A stretch of 64,000 bases of DNA from an uncultured Oscillospiraceae bacterium. GTDB lineage: Bacteria > Bacillota > Clostridia > Oscillospirales > Oscillospiraceae. Position numbers and translations under genes: made by a program. Shown here piece after piece: positions 18,837 through 27,974 of the stretch (the stretch's first letter is position 1; every line of letters begins with the position of its first letter). The stretch lies in assembly GCA_944387015.1 (NCBI GenBank), contig CALXDH010000007.1:3060-67059 (forward strand), given 5' to 3'. The notes under the pieces were generated by a model, which ran no database searches, had not been told where the DNA came from, and was given only the letters and a program-made list of their open reading frames with translations.

Positions 18837-18865
18837 AGTGGGAGGATTTGTTCCGAAGAACCACT
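18837..18865 (+). promoter_or_regulatory. Second candidate L1-binding site, upstream of rplA
   Basis: AGTGGGAGG...AACCACT directly before the GAGGAGG RBS of rplA. Confidence 0.6.
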
Positions 18866-18882
18866 ATGAGGAGGAAATAACA

Positions 18883-19575
18883 TTGTTTAGAGGCAAGAAA
18901 TATCAGGAAAGCGCCAAGCAGATCGATAAGAATACGCTGTATGACGCTGCTGAGGGCATGGCTCTCATCTGCAAGACCGCCAGCGCCAAGTTCGACGAGA
19001 CCGTCGAGCTGCATGTGAAGCTGGGTGTTGACTCCCGGCACGCTGACCAGCAGGTCCGCGGTGCCATCGTGCTGCCCCACGGCACCGGCAAGACTGTCCG
19101 CGTGCTGGTGTTCGCCAAGGGCGACAAGGCCGACGCTGCCCGTGAGGCCGGCGCTGACTACGTGGGCGATATGGATCTGGTGGAGAAGATCCAGAAGGAA
19201 AACTGGTTCGACTTCGACGTGGTGGTCGCCAGCCCTGACATGATGGGCGTTGTCGGCCGTCTCGGTAAGGTCCTGGGCCCCAAGGGCTTGATGCCCTCTC
19301 CCAAGGCCGGTACCGTTACCCCTGACGTGGCCAAGGCCGTGCAGGAAGTCAAGGCCGGTAAGATCGAGTACCGCCTGGACAAGACCAACATCATCCACTG
19401 CCCCATCGGCAAGGTGTCCTTCGGCGCTGAGAAGCTGACCGAGAACTACAACGCCCTCATGGGCGCCATCGTGAAGGCGAAGCCCGCCTCCGCCAAGGGC
19501 CAGTATATCCGCAGCTGCGTGGCCGCTTCCACCATGGGCCCCGGCGTGAAGATGAACACCGCGAAGTTGGTCTGA
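18883..19575 (+). CDS. rplA: 50S ribosomal protein L1
   Basis: [20 protein letters not shown] and STMGPG; TTG start at 18883 after GAGGAGG. Confidence 0.98.
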   Translation: MFRGKKYQESAKQIDKNTLYDAAEGMALICKTASAKFDETVELHVKLGVDSRHADQQVRGAIVLPHGTGKTVRVLVFAKGDKADAAREAGADYVGDMDLVEKIQKENWFDFDVVVASPDMMGVVGRLGKVLGPKGLMPSPKAGTVTPDVAKAVQEVKAGKIEYRLDKTNIIHCPIGKVSFGAEKLTENYNALMGAIVKAKPASAKGQYIRSCVAASTMGPGVKMNTAKLV

Positions 19576-19610
19576 TTCCCGGAAATTCGCAGAAAATGTG
19601 TATTTGGGGG

Positions 19611-19639
19611 TTGACTTTTGTCATGCCCTTGAATATAAT
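19611..19639 (+). promoter_or_regulatory. SigA promoter of rplJL
   Basis: TTGACT-17 bp-TATAAT. Confidence 0.85.
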
Positions 19640-19647
19640 ATCAGATG

Positions 19648-19758
19648 CGTTCCAAAGACAGCAGGTGAGAGGAACCTCTCGTAAGTCCTGCCGAGGGCGG
19701 CAAATGTGATTTGCTATCCGTCCTTGTGTCTTTGCGGCACAAGGACGGTTTCCTTTTT
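19648..19758 (+). ncRNA. L10 leader (ribosomal protein autoregulatory RNA) with attenuator hairpin
   Basis: AAGACAGCAGG...TAA..CCTGCCGAGG consensus, then a CCGTCCTTGTGTC/GGCACAAGGACGG stem and T-rich tract before rplJ. Confidence 0.85.
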
Positions 19759-19795
19759 GAACGCACCTACAATTCCTATGGAGGTGAACACAAGA

Positions 19796-20338
19796 ATGCC
19801 TAACGCAAAGGTCTTATCTGAAAAGCAGGCCATCGTGGCTGAGCTGACCGAGAAGATCCAGAAGGCGACTTCGGGCGTGATTGTCGACTACAAGGGTATC
19901 ACCGTTGAAGAAGACACCGCGCTGCGTAAGGAGTGCCGTGAGAGCAACGTGGATTACGCGGTGGTGAAGAACACCCTGCTCCGCTTCGCGTTCAACAACA
20001 CCGGCCTCAACGAGCTGGATGGTCTGCTCAACGGCACCACGTCTCTGGCTCTGTCCGAGGATGCAGTGGCTCCTGCCCGCGTCATGGCCGATTATGCCAA
20101 GAAGCTGGACGGCAAGTTCGAGATCAAGGGCGGCTTCATGGACGGCAAGCCCGTGGATCTGGCCACCATTCAGTCTCTGGCTTCCATCCCCGCTCTGCCC
20201 GTCCTGCAGGCTCAGTTCCTGGGCACCATGCTGGCGCCCATCACCGGCCTGGCTGTGGTCCTGAAGCAGATCGCGGAGAAGAACGGCGAAGCCGCTCCCG
20301 CTGCCGAAGAGGCTGCTCCCGCACCCGCCGCCGAGTAA
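19796..20338 (+). CDS. rplJ: 50S ribosomal protein L10
   Basis: VDYKGITV, VVKNTLL and FEIKGGFMDG; GGAGG RBS. Confidence 0.97.
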   Translation: MPNAKVLSEKQAIVAELTEKIQKATSGVIVDYKGITVEEDTALRKECRESNVDYAVVKNTLLRFAFNNTGLNELDGLLNGTTSLALSEDAVAPARVMADYAKKLDGKFEIKGGFMDGKPVDLATIQSLASIPALPVLQAQFLGTMLAPITGLAVVLKQIAEKNGEAAPAAEEAAPAPAAE

Positions 20339-20385
20339 TTCCGGCCGGGTTCCAACATTTATTTTACAATTAGGAGGCTAATACA

Positions 20386-20757
20386 ATGTCTGAGAAAGTT
20401 ACCGCTATGATCGAGGAGATCAAGGGTCTGACCGTTCTGGAGCTGTCCGAGCTGGTGCACGCTCTGGAGGAAGAGTTCGGCGTTTCCGCCGCTGCTATGG
20501 CTGCTCCCGCTGCTGGCGCTGCTGCTCCCGCTGCTGAGGAGAAGACCTCTTTCGACGTGGTCCTGACCGGCTTCGACGCCGCTGCCAAGATCAAGGTCAT
20601 CAAGGTTGTCCGCGAGATCACCGGCCAGGGCCTGGCCGAGGCCAAGGCTACCGTCGAGGGTGCTCCTTCCACTCTGAAGGAGGGCGCTTCCAAGGAGGAT
20701 GCCGAGGCTCTGAAGAAGCAGGTCGAAGAGGCCGGCGGCAAGGTCGAGTTGAAGTAA
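20386..20757 (+). CDS. rplL: 50S ribosomal protein L7/L12
   Basis: [34 protein letters not shown] and AGGKVELK. Confidence 0.98.
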   Translation: MSEKVTAMIEEIKGLTVLELSELVHALEEEFGVSAAAMAAPAAGAAAPAAEEKTSFDVVLTGFDAAAKIKVIKVVREITGQGLAEAKATVEGAPSTLKEGASKEDAEALKKQVEEAGGKVELK

Positions 20758-20777
20758 TTTCCCTTCATTGCCTTTTG

Positions 20778-20814
20778 AAAAATTCCCTGTCCAAACCGGA
20801 CAGGGAATTTTTTT
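20778..20814 (+). terminator. Terminator after rplL
   Basis: AAAAATTCCCTGTCC-AAACC-GGACAGGGAATTTTT. Confidence 0.88.
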
Positions 20815-20884
20815 CTCTTTGTTGGGATATTTGCGCCCGTTGCCTCGTATTCCAGGTGAAACGCGTTTCAAGGAGAGAGAATCG

Positions 20885-21352
20885 ATGCTGACAGAACGGG
20901 AATTTACCGACGCTGCGGAGCGGTATCTGGACATGGTCTACCGCATCGCTCTGAACTACTTCCGCCATCCCGCCGACGCGGAGGATGCGGCCCAGGATGT
21001 GATGCTCCGGCTGTGGCAGACGGACCGGACGTTTGAAGGGGATGACCACCTGCGCTACTTTCTGGTGCGGGTGACGCTGAACGTCTGCAAGGACATCTCC
21101 CGCAGTCCCTGGCGCCGCCGCACGGTGCCCCTGGAGAGCTGCCGGGAGCCGTCCTTTTCCACACCGGAGCGACAGGAGCTGTTCCGGGCGGTGCTGGCGC
21201 TGCCGGGTAAATACCGTCTGCCGCTGTATCTCTATTACTACGAAGGATATTCGGTCAAGGAAGTGGGGGAGCTGCTGGATCTGAAGCCCTCCACCGTCCA
21301 GACCCGGCTGGCCCGGGCCCGGACAAAGCTGAAAGAGGAATTGGAGGCGTGA
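20885..21352 (+). CDS. ECF sigma factor 1
   Basis: Region 2 (DAEDAAQDVMLRLW, NVCKD) and region 4 (LYYYEGYSVKEVGELL, TVQTRLARAR); AAGGAG RBS. Confidence 0.92.
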   Translation: MLTEREFTDAAERYLDMVYRIALNYFRHPADAEDAAQDVMLRLWQTDRTFEGDDHLRYFLVRVTLNVCKDISRSPWRRRTVPLESCREPSFSTPERQELFRAVLALPGKYRLPLYLYYYEGYSVKEVGELLDLKPSTVQTRLARARTKLKEELEA

Positions 21353-21355
21353 ACC

Positions 21356-22360
21356 ATGGAAGAGCAGTATCGGGAGATGTTTGACGAGGTGCGTGCCTCC
21401 AGCCGACTGCGAGAGGAGGTCGCGCATATGACAACAAGAGAGCGGAAGCCGTCCCGGCGCAGGCTGCCCAAGGCCGCGGTGGCAGCGGCAGCAGTGCTGG
21501 TGCTGCTGGCTGGGACAGCCCTGGCCGCAGTGGGGGCTCCGGGGACGATCCGGGACTGGTTTGCCCGGGAGTGGGAAGAGATCACCGGAGATACCATGGA
21601 TGCGGAGCAGCTGGACCTGATCGACCGCCTGACAAAGCCGGTGGGGGTCAGTGATACCCAAAACGGCACCACGGTGACGGTAGATTCCGTTACAGTGGGA
21701 AACAGCACGGTGTGGATGCTGGTGAAGGTCAGCGGCGACTACACCCAGGAGAAAGAGTTCCTGTATCATTTCCAAGGGATGGATCTGACTCTGGATCCGG
21801 ATCCGGATCTGGTGGATACGCCCGGCGGGTACAGCCTGGATTATCCCTATGTGGGCGTGGCGGAGGACGGGACACTGACCATGCTGGTCCGGTTCACCAT
21901 TGATCTTGCAGGCCAGAGTTCCCTGCTGGACGGTGTCCGTCAGGCCACGTTGTTGGTAGATAATCTGATGTACAGTGACCAGGCAATGACGGAAGGGCAC
22001 TGGACGCTGACATTTCCCCTGGAGCCGGGGGAGGTGGGAACGGTGCTGACTCTGGAGGAGATCCAGGCACCTGCGATGGATCTGGAGACCCGGAAGACCA
22101 GGACCATCTCCCTGCGGGACGTGGAGATCTCCGCAACGGACATCACGTATGTCCAGTCTGTGGAGGACCAGAAGTGGAACCCTCTGCGCTGTGCCCTGGT
22201 GCTGCAGGACGGCACGGTGGTGGAACAGAGCAGCGGCGCCAGCCGCTTCCGGGATGAAGCCCATACGCAGTGGAGCAGCGTTTATTACTGGCAGGTACCG
22301 GTAGATCTGACTCAGGTCACGGCGGTCCGCTTCGGGGATACGGAGTTCCCGCTGAAGTGA
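21356..22360 (+). CDS. Putative membrane-anchored anti-sigma factor (DUF4179-like)
   Basis: Directly follows the ECF gene. Short cytoplasmic N-terminus, one TM (AAVAAAAVLVLLAGTALAAV), then TDQNG-like/TVTVDSV beta-rich outer domains. Confidence 0.75.
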   Translation: MEEQYREMFDEVRASSRLREEVAHMTTRERKPSRRRLPKAAVAAAAVLVLLAGTALAAVGAPGTIRDWFAREWEEITGDTMDAEQLDLIDRLTKPVGVSDTQNGTTVTVDSVTVGNSTVWMLVKVSGDYTQEKEFLYHFQGMDLTLDPDPDLVDTPGGYSLDYPYVGVAEDGTLTMLVRFTIDLAGQSSLLDGVRQATLLVDNLMYSDQAMTEGHWTLTFPLEPGEVGTVLTLEEIQAPAMDLETRKTRTISLRDVEISATDITYVQSVEDQKWNPLRCALVLQDGTVVEQSSGASRFRDEAHTQWSSVYYWQVPVDLTQVTAVRFGDTEFPLK

Positions 22361-22364
22361 AGAG

Positions 22365-22402
22365 AAAAAGAGGCCCCGGCGGATACGCCGGGGTCCTTTT
22401 TT
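22365..22402 (+). terminator. Terminator after ECF pair 1
   Basis: AGGCCCCGGCG-GATA-CGCCGGGGTCCT followed by a T run. Confidence 0.75.
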
Positions 22403-22465
22403 GTGAAACCCTGTGACCAACAGAGGAAAAATCCTGTCTATCAGGGTGAGAGGGGAGGCGAGGCC

Positions 22466-23020
22466 ATGGAGGACCGGGAGATTCTGGAGCTGTTCCGGCA
22501 GCGGGACCAGAGGGCCATCCCGGCGCTGGAAGAGCGGTACGGCGGACGGCTGCGGGCATTGTCGCTGCGGCTGCTGGGGAGCCCGGAGGATGCCGAGGAG
22601 TGCGTCAGCGACACGTATTTGGCTGCCTGGAACGCCATCCCGCCGGAGGAGCCGGTGTACCTCTTCGTGTATCTGTCGGCGATCTGCCGCAACCGGGCCC
22701 TCAGTGCGCTGGGCCGGGAGAAGGCCCAAAAGCGCAGGGGGGGAGGTGGTGGCCCTGACGGCAGAACTGGAGCAGTGCATCCCCGATACCCGGCGGGACC
22801 GGGAGGAGACTGCCCGGGACATCGGAGAGACCCTGAGCCACTTTCTCTCAGGCCTGGGGAGGAGAACCGGCGGTTTTTCCTGCGGCGCTACTGGTACGCT
22901 GAGAGCGTGCGGGAGGTGGCCGAAGCCTGTGGTGTCTCTGAGAGCAAGGTGAAGATGTCTCTGCACCGGACGCAGAAAAAACTGCGGGAATTTTTGCAGA
23001 AGGAGGGGCTTTGGCAATGA
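22466..23020 (+). CDS. ECF sigma factor 2; open frame, but ~39 central codons appear shifted by two compensating indels
   Basis: Region 2 (DAEECVSDTYLAAW, RNRAL) and region 4 (FLRRYWYAESVREVA, SKVKMSLHR) share one frame. The family-like linker EVVALTAELEQCIP lies in the +1 frame between G runs at 22737-22743 and 22856-22859. Confidence 0.8.
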   Translation: MEDREILELFRQRDQRAIPALEERYGGRLRALSLRLLGSPEDAEECVSDTYLAAWNAIPPEEPVYLFVYLSAICRNRALSALGREKAQKRRGGGGGPDGRTGAVHPRYPAGPGGDCPGHRRDPEPLSLRPGEENRRFFLRRYWYAESVREVAEACGVSESKVKMSLHRTQKKLREFLQKEGLWQ

Positions 23021-23799
23021 ACGGACAGGATTTGTATGAGGGGCTGCGGTATGTGGACCCCGCCATGCTGGAGGAGGCCATGGAGCCGGTGAAACGGCCC
23101 AAGCCGCGGCGGTATCTGCCGCTGGCAGCGTGTTTGTGTCTGCTGCTGGCAGGGACAGCGGTGGCGGTGTTCAGCCATGTGGAGATCCGGCTGCTGGATG
23201 TGGAGCATCTGGAGGACTACCGGGAGGCGGATCCCTCCATGGAGTTTGTGAAGAACGGATCGGCGGACGAAGCATATCAGGCGGCAGGCGGCGTGGAAAT
23301 CATATCCGTGGCATCGCTCTCCGAACAGGCACGGGAGGATGCGGCTGCGGGCACGTATTTTCGGGAGTTCGACACCTGGGATGCGGCGGCAGCGTATCTT
23401 GGCGTGGAGGTGCCGGGAACTGAGGGTCCCACATCCGTGGTGTTCAATATGGAAAATGGGGAAATCGCTGAGATCCGGCTGAATACCCATTATCAATACG
23501 AGGAGGGGAATGCATCCATCAGCATCAGCGCGCATCTCTATACAGAGGAGTACTCCGGAGAGCCGGGAGAGTTTGTGCTCTTCCACGGGGCGTTCGAAGA
23601 GCTCCGGACGGAGGAGATCACTCTTTCCGGCGGAGAGACCGCCCAGATCGCGGCCTCCTTTGCCGACAATGGATTTGGGATGATCGCCGGCTATCTGGCA
23701 CGGGGACAGGCATTCTATGAGGTCAGCGCACTCTGCCCGGAGGGATCTGCCCGACAGGTCAGCGAACAGCTGGAAACGTATCTCAATGAACTCGCATGA
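23017..23799 (+). CDS. Putative anti-sigma factor of ECF pair 2
   Basis: ATGA overlap with the sigma stop. N-terminus LYEGLRYVDPAMLEEA and a single TM (YLPLAACLCLLLAGTAVAVF). Confidence 0.72.
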   Translation: MNGQDLYEGLRYVDPAMLEEAMEPVKRPKPRRYLPLAACLCLLLAGTAVAVFSHVEIRLLDVEHLEDYREADPSMEFVKNGSADEAYQAAGGVEIISVASLSEQAREDAAAGTYFREFDTWDAAAAYLGVEVPGTEGPTSVVFNMENGEIAEIRLNTHYQYEEGNASISISAHLYTEEYSGEPGEFVLFHGAFEELRTEEITLSGGETAQIAASFADNGFGMIAGYLARGQAFYEVSALCPEGSARQVSEQLETYLNELA

Positions 23800-23813
23800 A
23801 CCGTGAAAAGAGC

Positions 23814-23846
23814 AAAAAAGAGACGGCGTACAGCCGTCTCTTTTTT
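23814..23846. terminator. Bidirectional terminator
   Basis: AAAAAAGAGACGGC-GTACA-GCCGTCTCTTTTTT. Confidence 0.88.
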
Positions 23847-23856
23847 GATGTACCCC

Positions 23857-24591
23857 TTACAGGAACTGGCAGAGTAAAATGGGCAGGAAAATGGCGGGGA
23901 CCAGATTCATCACCTTGATCTTGGTCAGGCCCAGCATATTCAGCGACAGCGCAATGATCAGCAAAGAGCCTACGCAGGTCATCTCCGCAATGGTGCTGCC
24001 ATTTTGGAGGTAGGGGGCCAGTACCGAGGCCAGCAGGGCGATGGCGCCCTGGTAGAGGAATACCGCGGCAGCGGAGAAGGCCACACCGATGCCCAGAGAG
24101 GAGGCAAACACCACAGCGATGATGCCGTCCAGCAGGGACTTTGCAAAGAGGGTGGTGTGGTCTCTGGTGAGACCGTCGTTGAGAGCGCCTACAATGGCCA
24201 TGGCGCCCACGCAGAAGAGCAGGCTGGCAGTAACGAACCCCTCTGCCACGGTGGCCTTGCCGCCCTCGTGGACAAGCCGCTTGGTTTTCTCCTGGACCCA
24301 GTCGCCCAGAGAGCGCATCCGCCGGTCCAGGTCCAGCAGTTCTCCCACAATGGCGCCGATGACCATGGAGAGAATGGCAGTGATGGTGTTTTCTCCCTTC
24401 ATGCAGCCGGTGACGCCGATAAGCAGTACGCACAGCGCCGTGGCGCTGTTGATGATGGCCTGGAGCCGGAAGCCCAGGTTGCCGCAGCGGGGCAGAAAAT
24501 CGGAAAAACGAGAGGCCAGTGCGGAAATCAGCATGCCTACGGCGGAGCCCACAAGAATGGCCAGGGTATTGACAATGGTGCCGGTGAGCAT
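23857..24591 (-). CDS. DUF554 family membrane protein
   Basis: GTIVNTLAILVGS, FVTASLLFCVGAMAIVG and KSLLDG motifs; multiple TM segments. Confidence 0.88.
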   Translation of the reverse strand: MLTGTIVNTLAILVGSAVGMLISALASRFSDFLPRCGNLGFRLQAIINSATALCVLLIGVTGCMKGENTITAILSMVIGAIVGELLDLDRRMRSLGDWVQEKTKRLVHEGGKATVAEGFVTASLLFCVGAMAIVGALNDGLTRDHTTLFAKSLLDGIIAVVFASSLGIGVAFSAAAVFLYQGAIALLASVLAPYLQNGSTIAEMTCVGSLLIIALSLNMLGLTKIKVMNLVPAIFLPILLCQFL

Positions 24592-24592
24592 G

Positions 24593-25330
24593 TTAAGCAC
24601 GTCCTTTCTCGATGAGGTCCCGGACCACGGCGCTGCCCAGCAGCAGCCCGGCGGCAGCGGGGACCCATGGATTGCTGGCGGGGATGCTCCGCCGGCCCGG
24701 AGGCGGGGCCTCGGCACCGTCGGGGGCATCAGGGGCCCGGGTGGGTTCCTCAGGGCTGAACACCACCCGCAGATGCTCGATGCCGCGATTGCGCAGCTCC
24801 TTGCGCATCACACGGGCCAGGGGACAGCCGTAGGTCTTGGAAATGTCCGCCAGCTGCAGTAAGGTGGGATCCAGCTTGTTGCCGGTGCCCAGGGCCATCA
24901 CCAGGGGAATGTTCAGCCGCAGAGCGGTTTCCGCCAGGTCCAGCTTGCAGGATACCAGGTCGATGGCGTCCACAATGTAGTCATAGCGGCATCCTTCCGG
25001 GAAAAAGTCATCCCGGTGAGCGGCATCATAGGTGGCGCAGAGAGGATGGATCCGGAGCTGGGGATTGATGTCCAGCAGGCGGGCGGCCACGGCGCTTGCC
25101 TTGGGCTGGCCCAGGGTGGAGTGCAGGGACTCCAGCTGCCGGTTAAGGTTGGAGAGCCCTACGGTGTCCTGGTCCACCAGCGTCAGCTCCCCGATCCCGG
25201 AGCGGGCCAGGCATTCGGCGGTGTAGCTGCCCACGCCGCCAAGACCGAACAAAATCACATGGGCCGCGGCCAGGCGCTGCTGTGCGCTGCGCCCCCACAG
25301 CATCTCATTGCGCAGAAATTGATTCTCCAT
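24593..25330 (-). CDS. tcdA: tRNA threonylcarbamoyladenosine dehydratase (ThiF/E1-like)
   Basis: GLGGVGS, VDQDTVGLSNLNRQ, YIVDAID, DISKTYGCPLARVMRKELR and VVFSPE. Confidence 0.88.
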   Translation of the reverse strand: MENQFLRNEMLWGRSAQQRLAAAHVILFGLGGVGSYTAECLARSGIGELTLVDQDTVGLSNLNRQLESLHSTLGQPKASAVAARLLDINPQLRIHPLCATYDAAHRDDFFPEGCRYDYIVDAIDLVSCKLDLAETALRLNIPLVMALGTGNKLDPTLLQLADISKTYGCPLARVMRKELRNRGIEHLRVVFSPEEPTRAPDAPDGAEAPPPGRRSIPASNPWVPAAAGLLLGSAVVRDLIEKGRA

Positions 25331-25364
25331 GGGGAGGCCTCCTGAAAGGAAAGTACAGGGAAAA

Positions 25365-25399
25365 CAAGTCCGGCTTTGAAAACTTCAAAGCCGGACTTG
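25365..25399 (-). terminator. Hairpin downstream of the PPIase gene
   Basis: CAAGTCCGGCTTTGAA-AAC-TTCAAAGCCGGACTTG perfect stem with a T run on the minus strand. Confidence 0.75.
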
Positions 25400-25424
25400 C
25401 TGCTTGCCGGAAAATCCGGACAAC

Positions 25425-26975
25425 TTAATACGTGAAGGTGCTGCGTACGAACCGGATGCCGAAGCTGCTCTGCTCAGCGGTGTAGTCGGCAGTCTTTTCC
25501 GTGTACCAGGTGTTGAAATCGTCGTTCTTCAGCGTATCCCGGACCTGGACCTCCCAGTAGGGAAGATCCGTGCCCACGAAATACATGATGTGGTAGCCGT
25601 AATCCGTTTCCACAATGCCGGTATCGCCGGGCTTGCGGGCGGCATCAAAGCACCAATCATTGAAGGCTTCCACCATCTGATCCTGATAGACCTCGGTGTA
25701 CAGTCCGCCGTTGGTGTTGGAGCCGGTATCGGTGGAGTTTTCGTTAGCCAGCTGGGCGAAGGAGTCCTCGGTGGCATCGCCGGCCTTCCACTGGGCAAGC
25801 AGATCCTCGGCCTTCTGTTTGGCGGCGTCCTTCTTGGCCTGGACGTCGGCGTCGTAGCCCTCGTCGTCCTCAGAGAGGGTGGTGGCCTCGGGCTGGATCA
25901 GGATGTGGCGCACATCCACGGTGTTGTAGTCCTCACGGAACCGGTCATGGAACAGCAGGACATAATAATAGGAGTTGTCGGCATCCTCCAGCACAGTGGA
26001 GTCGCCAGAGTGACGGGCGTCGTCAAAGAGCCAGTTCATCATGACGCTGTCGCTCCAAGCGCCGGCGTCGGAGGTGGTGTAGACAGACTTGTCGTTGTCC
26101 ACCAGCTCGGCGGGATCGCTGCCGGCCATCCAGGCTGCATACATGCTGTCAGCGGAGGCCTTGGCATCAGCCATGGCCTGCTGAGTCATCTCGTCGGTGA
26201 CCTCGATGGTGTTGCCGTCGGCATCGGTGGTATCGGCGGCGCCGCTGATGCGGATGACCTCGTAGGAAACCTTATCGTAAGACTTGGGATCGGCGTTGTA
26301 GGCCTCGGTCAGCTGATCCTCGGTGTAGGTCAGGCCGTCCTCATAGTTCTGGGCATAGGCCTGAGCCAGCAGGGTCCGCTTGGTCTGCTCCTCAAAGATC
26401 TTCTCGGTCATGGTGTTGCCGAAGATCCGCTTGAGGTATCCGCTGGTGCTCAGAGCGTTGTTGGAGGCGTTGGTCTCCAGGGCGTTTATGTTTTCATCCA
26501 GCTGAGCCTGCAGGTCATCGTTCCAGGTGAAACCGTCCGCTGCGGCGGCATCGTTCATGGCCTGGACCTCAGCCATCTGCTGCAGGGTCTGGTCCATGAA
26601 AAAGTCAAACCAGGTCTCGCCGTCGGAGTACTCCTGATCGCGCAGATCGCTGCTGACGTCCAGGCCCATGTAGGAGATGTAGTTGTAGTTCTGGCTGAGG
26701 AAGTTCTGGTAGTTGTTGACGAAATAGTAGTTCACTTCGGCAGCGGTGTAGGATTCGTCGCCGATGGTGGCGGCAGTGACCATTTTGGGGATGATATTGG
26801 AGCGATAGACGAGACATGCAATGGCGATGATCACAAACACCACGGCAATGACGCCATAGAGGCGGTTGTTCCGCTTCTCCTCCTTACGCTGCTGTGCCTC
26901 ACGGGCAGTTTTGGGATCGGCCTGACCGAAAGCGGTCTTTGCCTGACGGGTATCCTTTTCTCTTGATGCGCTCAT
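25425..26975 (-). CDS. Membrane-anchored parvulin (PpiC-type) peptidyl-prolyl isomerase / foldase
   Basis: VDVRHILI, FAQLANENSTD, GGLY and GIVETDYGYHIMYF, with an N-terminal TM anchor. Confidence 0.88.
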   Translation of the reverse strand: MSASREKDTRQAKTAFGQADPKTAREAQQRKEEKRNNRLYGVIAVVFVIIAIACLVYRSNIIPKMVTAATIGDESYTAAEVNYYFVNNYQNFLSQNYNYISYMGLDVSSDLRDQEYSDGETWFDFFMDQTLQQMAEVQAMNDAAAADGFTWNDDLQAQLDENINALETNASNNALSTSGYLKRIFGNTMTEKIFEEQTKRTLLAQAYAQNYEDGLTYTEDQLTEAYNADPKSYDKVSYEVIRISGAADTTDADGNTIEVTDEMTQQAMADAKASADSMYAAWMAGSDPAELVDNDKSVYTTSDAGAWSDSVMMNWLFDDARHSGDSTVLEDADNSYYYVLLFHDRFREDYNTVDVRHILIQPEATTLSEDDEGYDADVQAKKDAAKQKAEDLLAQWKAGDATEDSFAQLANENSTDTGSNTNGGLYTEVYQDQMVEAFNDWCFDAARKPGDTGIVETDYGYHIMYFVGTDLPYWEVQVRDTLKNDDFNTWYTEKTADYTAEQSSFGIRFVRSTFTY

Positions 26976-27025
26976 TCGTTGTTTCAGTCCTCTCAAGTAT
27001 TCAGGTGCAAGATAAGCACCCGCTT

Positions 27026-27054
27026 ATTATAATGGATATGACGCTGTTTCGCAA
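27026..27054 (-). promoter_or_regulatory. SigA promoter of the PPIase gene
   Basis: TTGCGA-17 bp-TATAAT on the minus strand. Confidence 0.75.
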
Positions 27055-27124
27055 GTGGAAATTAAAGATTGCGGACAAAGGAAATTCTACCGGCAATAGC
27101 TGAAAATGGCCTGAAAAAGCGGAG

Positions 27125-27159
27125 CAAAGAAAAAGCAGAGCAGATTTGCTCTGCTCTGC
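27125..27159 (-). terminator. Terminator of the 6S RNA
   Basis: Minus strand GCAGAGCAGA-GCAAA-TCTGCTCTGC followed by TTTTTCTTT. Confidence 0.8.
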
Positions 27160-27171
27160 AAAACTCCGATA

Positions 27172-27365
27172 CCCCGCGGTGGCCGTGTAGACCCGTTATA
27201 ACCTGCACCTTCACGGCCAGGTGGGTTGCCTCCAAGACGCTTTATCACTTCCAACTTCCAGCCGCAAACAGCAGCCGGGAGGCCTGCGAACCACGGCTTG
27301 ATCCAGCATCCCTTATAACGAAATGTGGGTTAAAAAAGACCTATCACGTACCCCGCAGGGTAATT
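27172..27365 (-). ncRNA. ssrS: 6S RNA
   Basis: ~190 nt. 5' CCCUGCGG pairs with 3' CCGCGGGG; further helices GUGAUAGGUC/GGUCUACAC and UAACC/GGUUA; central unpaired bubble; GGGAUGC/GCGUCUU stem; distal hairpin. Own promoter and terminator; tcdA (yrvM homolog) lies downstream as for B. subtilis bsrA. Confidence 0.8.
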
Positions 27366-27372
27366 GACAAAT

Positions 27373-27401
27373 AACTTACTGTTCCGACTCGTCCTCGTCA
27401 A
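27373..27401 (-). promoter_or_regulatory. Promoter of the 6S RNA, inside the 3' end of the DUF1292 gene
   Basis: TTGACG-17 bp-TAAGTT. The -10 box includes the TAA stop codon of the upstream gene. Confidence 0.65.
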
Positions 27402-27669
27402 AGAGAGATTCGACGAACAGATCATAGACGGCGTCCAGCTCTTCATCGCTGTCCAGCGTGGAGAGGAGGTCCTCACCGTTTTCATGGATAACCTTCAGGA
27501 TCACAAGGCCGTTGTCCGGATCGTCCTCGTCCTCGCCCTCCGTTTCGGCGGGGAAGAAGGCCTGGTAAATCTGGCCGTTGTACTCCAGCATATCCACAAA
27601 CTCCAGAACATGCTCGTTGCCCTCGTCATCGGTCAGGGTGATAAAGGTAGGGCCGAAATCTTCGCTCAT
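27376..27669 (-). CDS. DUF1292 family acidic protein
   Basis: ITLTDDEGNEHVLEF, very acidic, ELDAVYDLF. AAGGAG RBS before ATG 27669. Confidence 0.85.
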   Translation of the reverse strand: MSEDFGPTFITLTDDEGNEHVLEFVDMLEYNGQIYQAFFPAETEGEDEDDPDNGLVILKVIHENGEDLLSTLDSDEELDAVYDLFVESLFDEDESEQ

Positions 27670-27974
27670 TGGGCGATGCTCCTTTCCCGTTTGCTCTGGC
27701 GCTATTATACTGGACTTTGTGAGGAATTGCAAGAGGCGGAAGAATGGAAAAAGGGGGAAAGATGGCTTTCGGGGACGGAAATAGCCTGCCCAAATGCAAG
27801 AAAAACATGCAAACAGGGAACTTTTTTTCGAGAAAAAACGACATTTTCAATGTTGACAGGGGATGTTACAATAAAAAGTATTATGGCGATTCATAAGCAT
27901 CTGCGGCTGTCGAAAACCGGCACAGCGGAGCGCTTTTTGCGTCAACCCACACCAGAAAAAGGAGGTGCCCTGCA

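Noticed and set aside
20765-23017. 750-aa minus-strand ORF spanning both ECF modules
   Set aside because: Antisense to three convincing genes and crossing two terminators; the product has no recognisable features.
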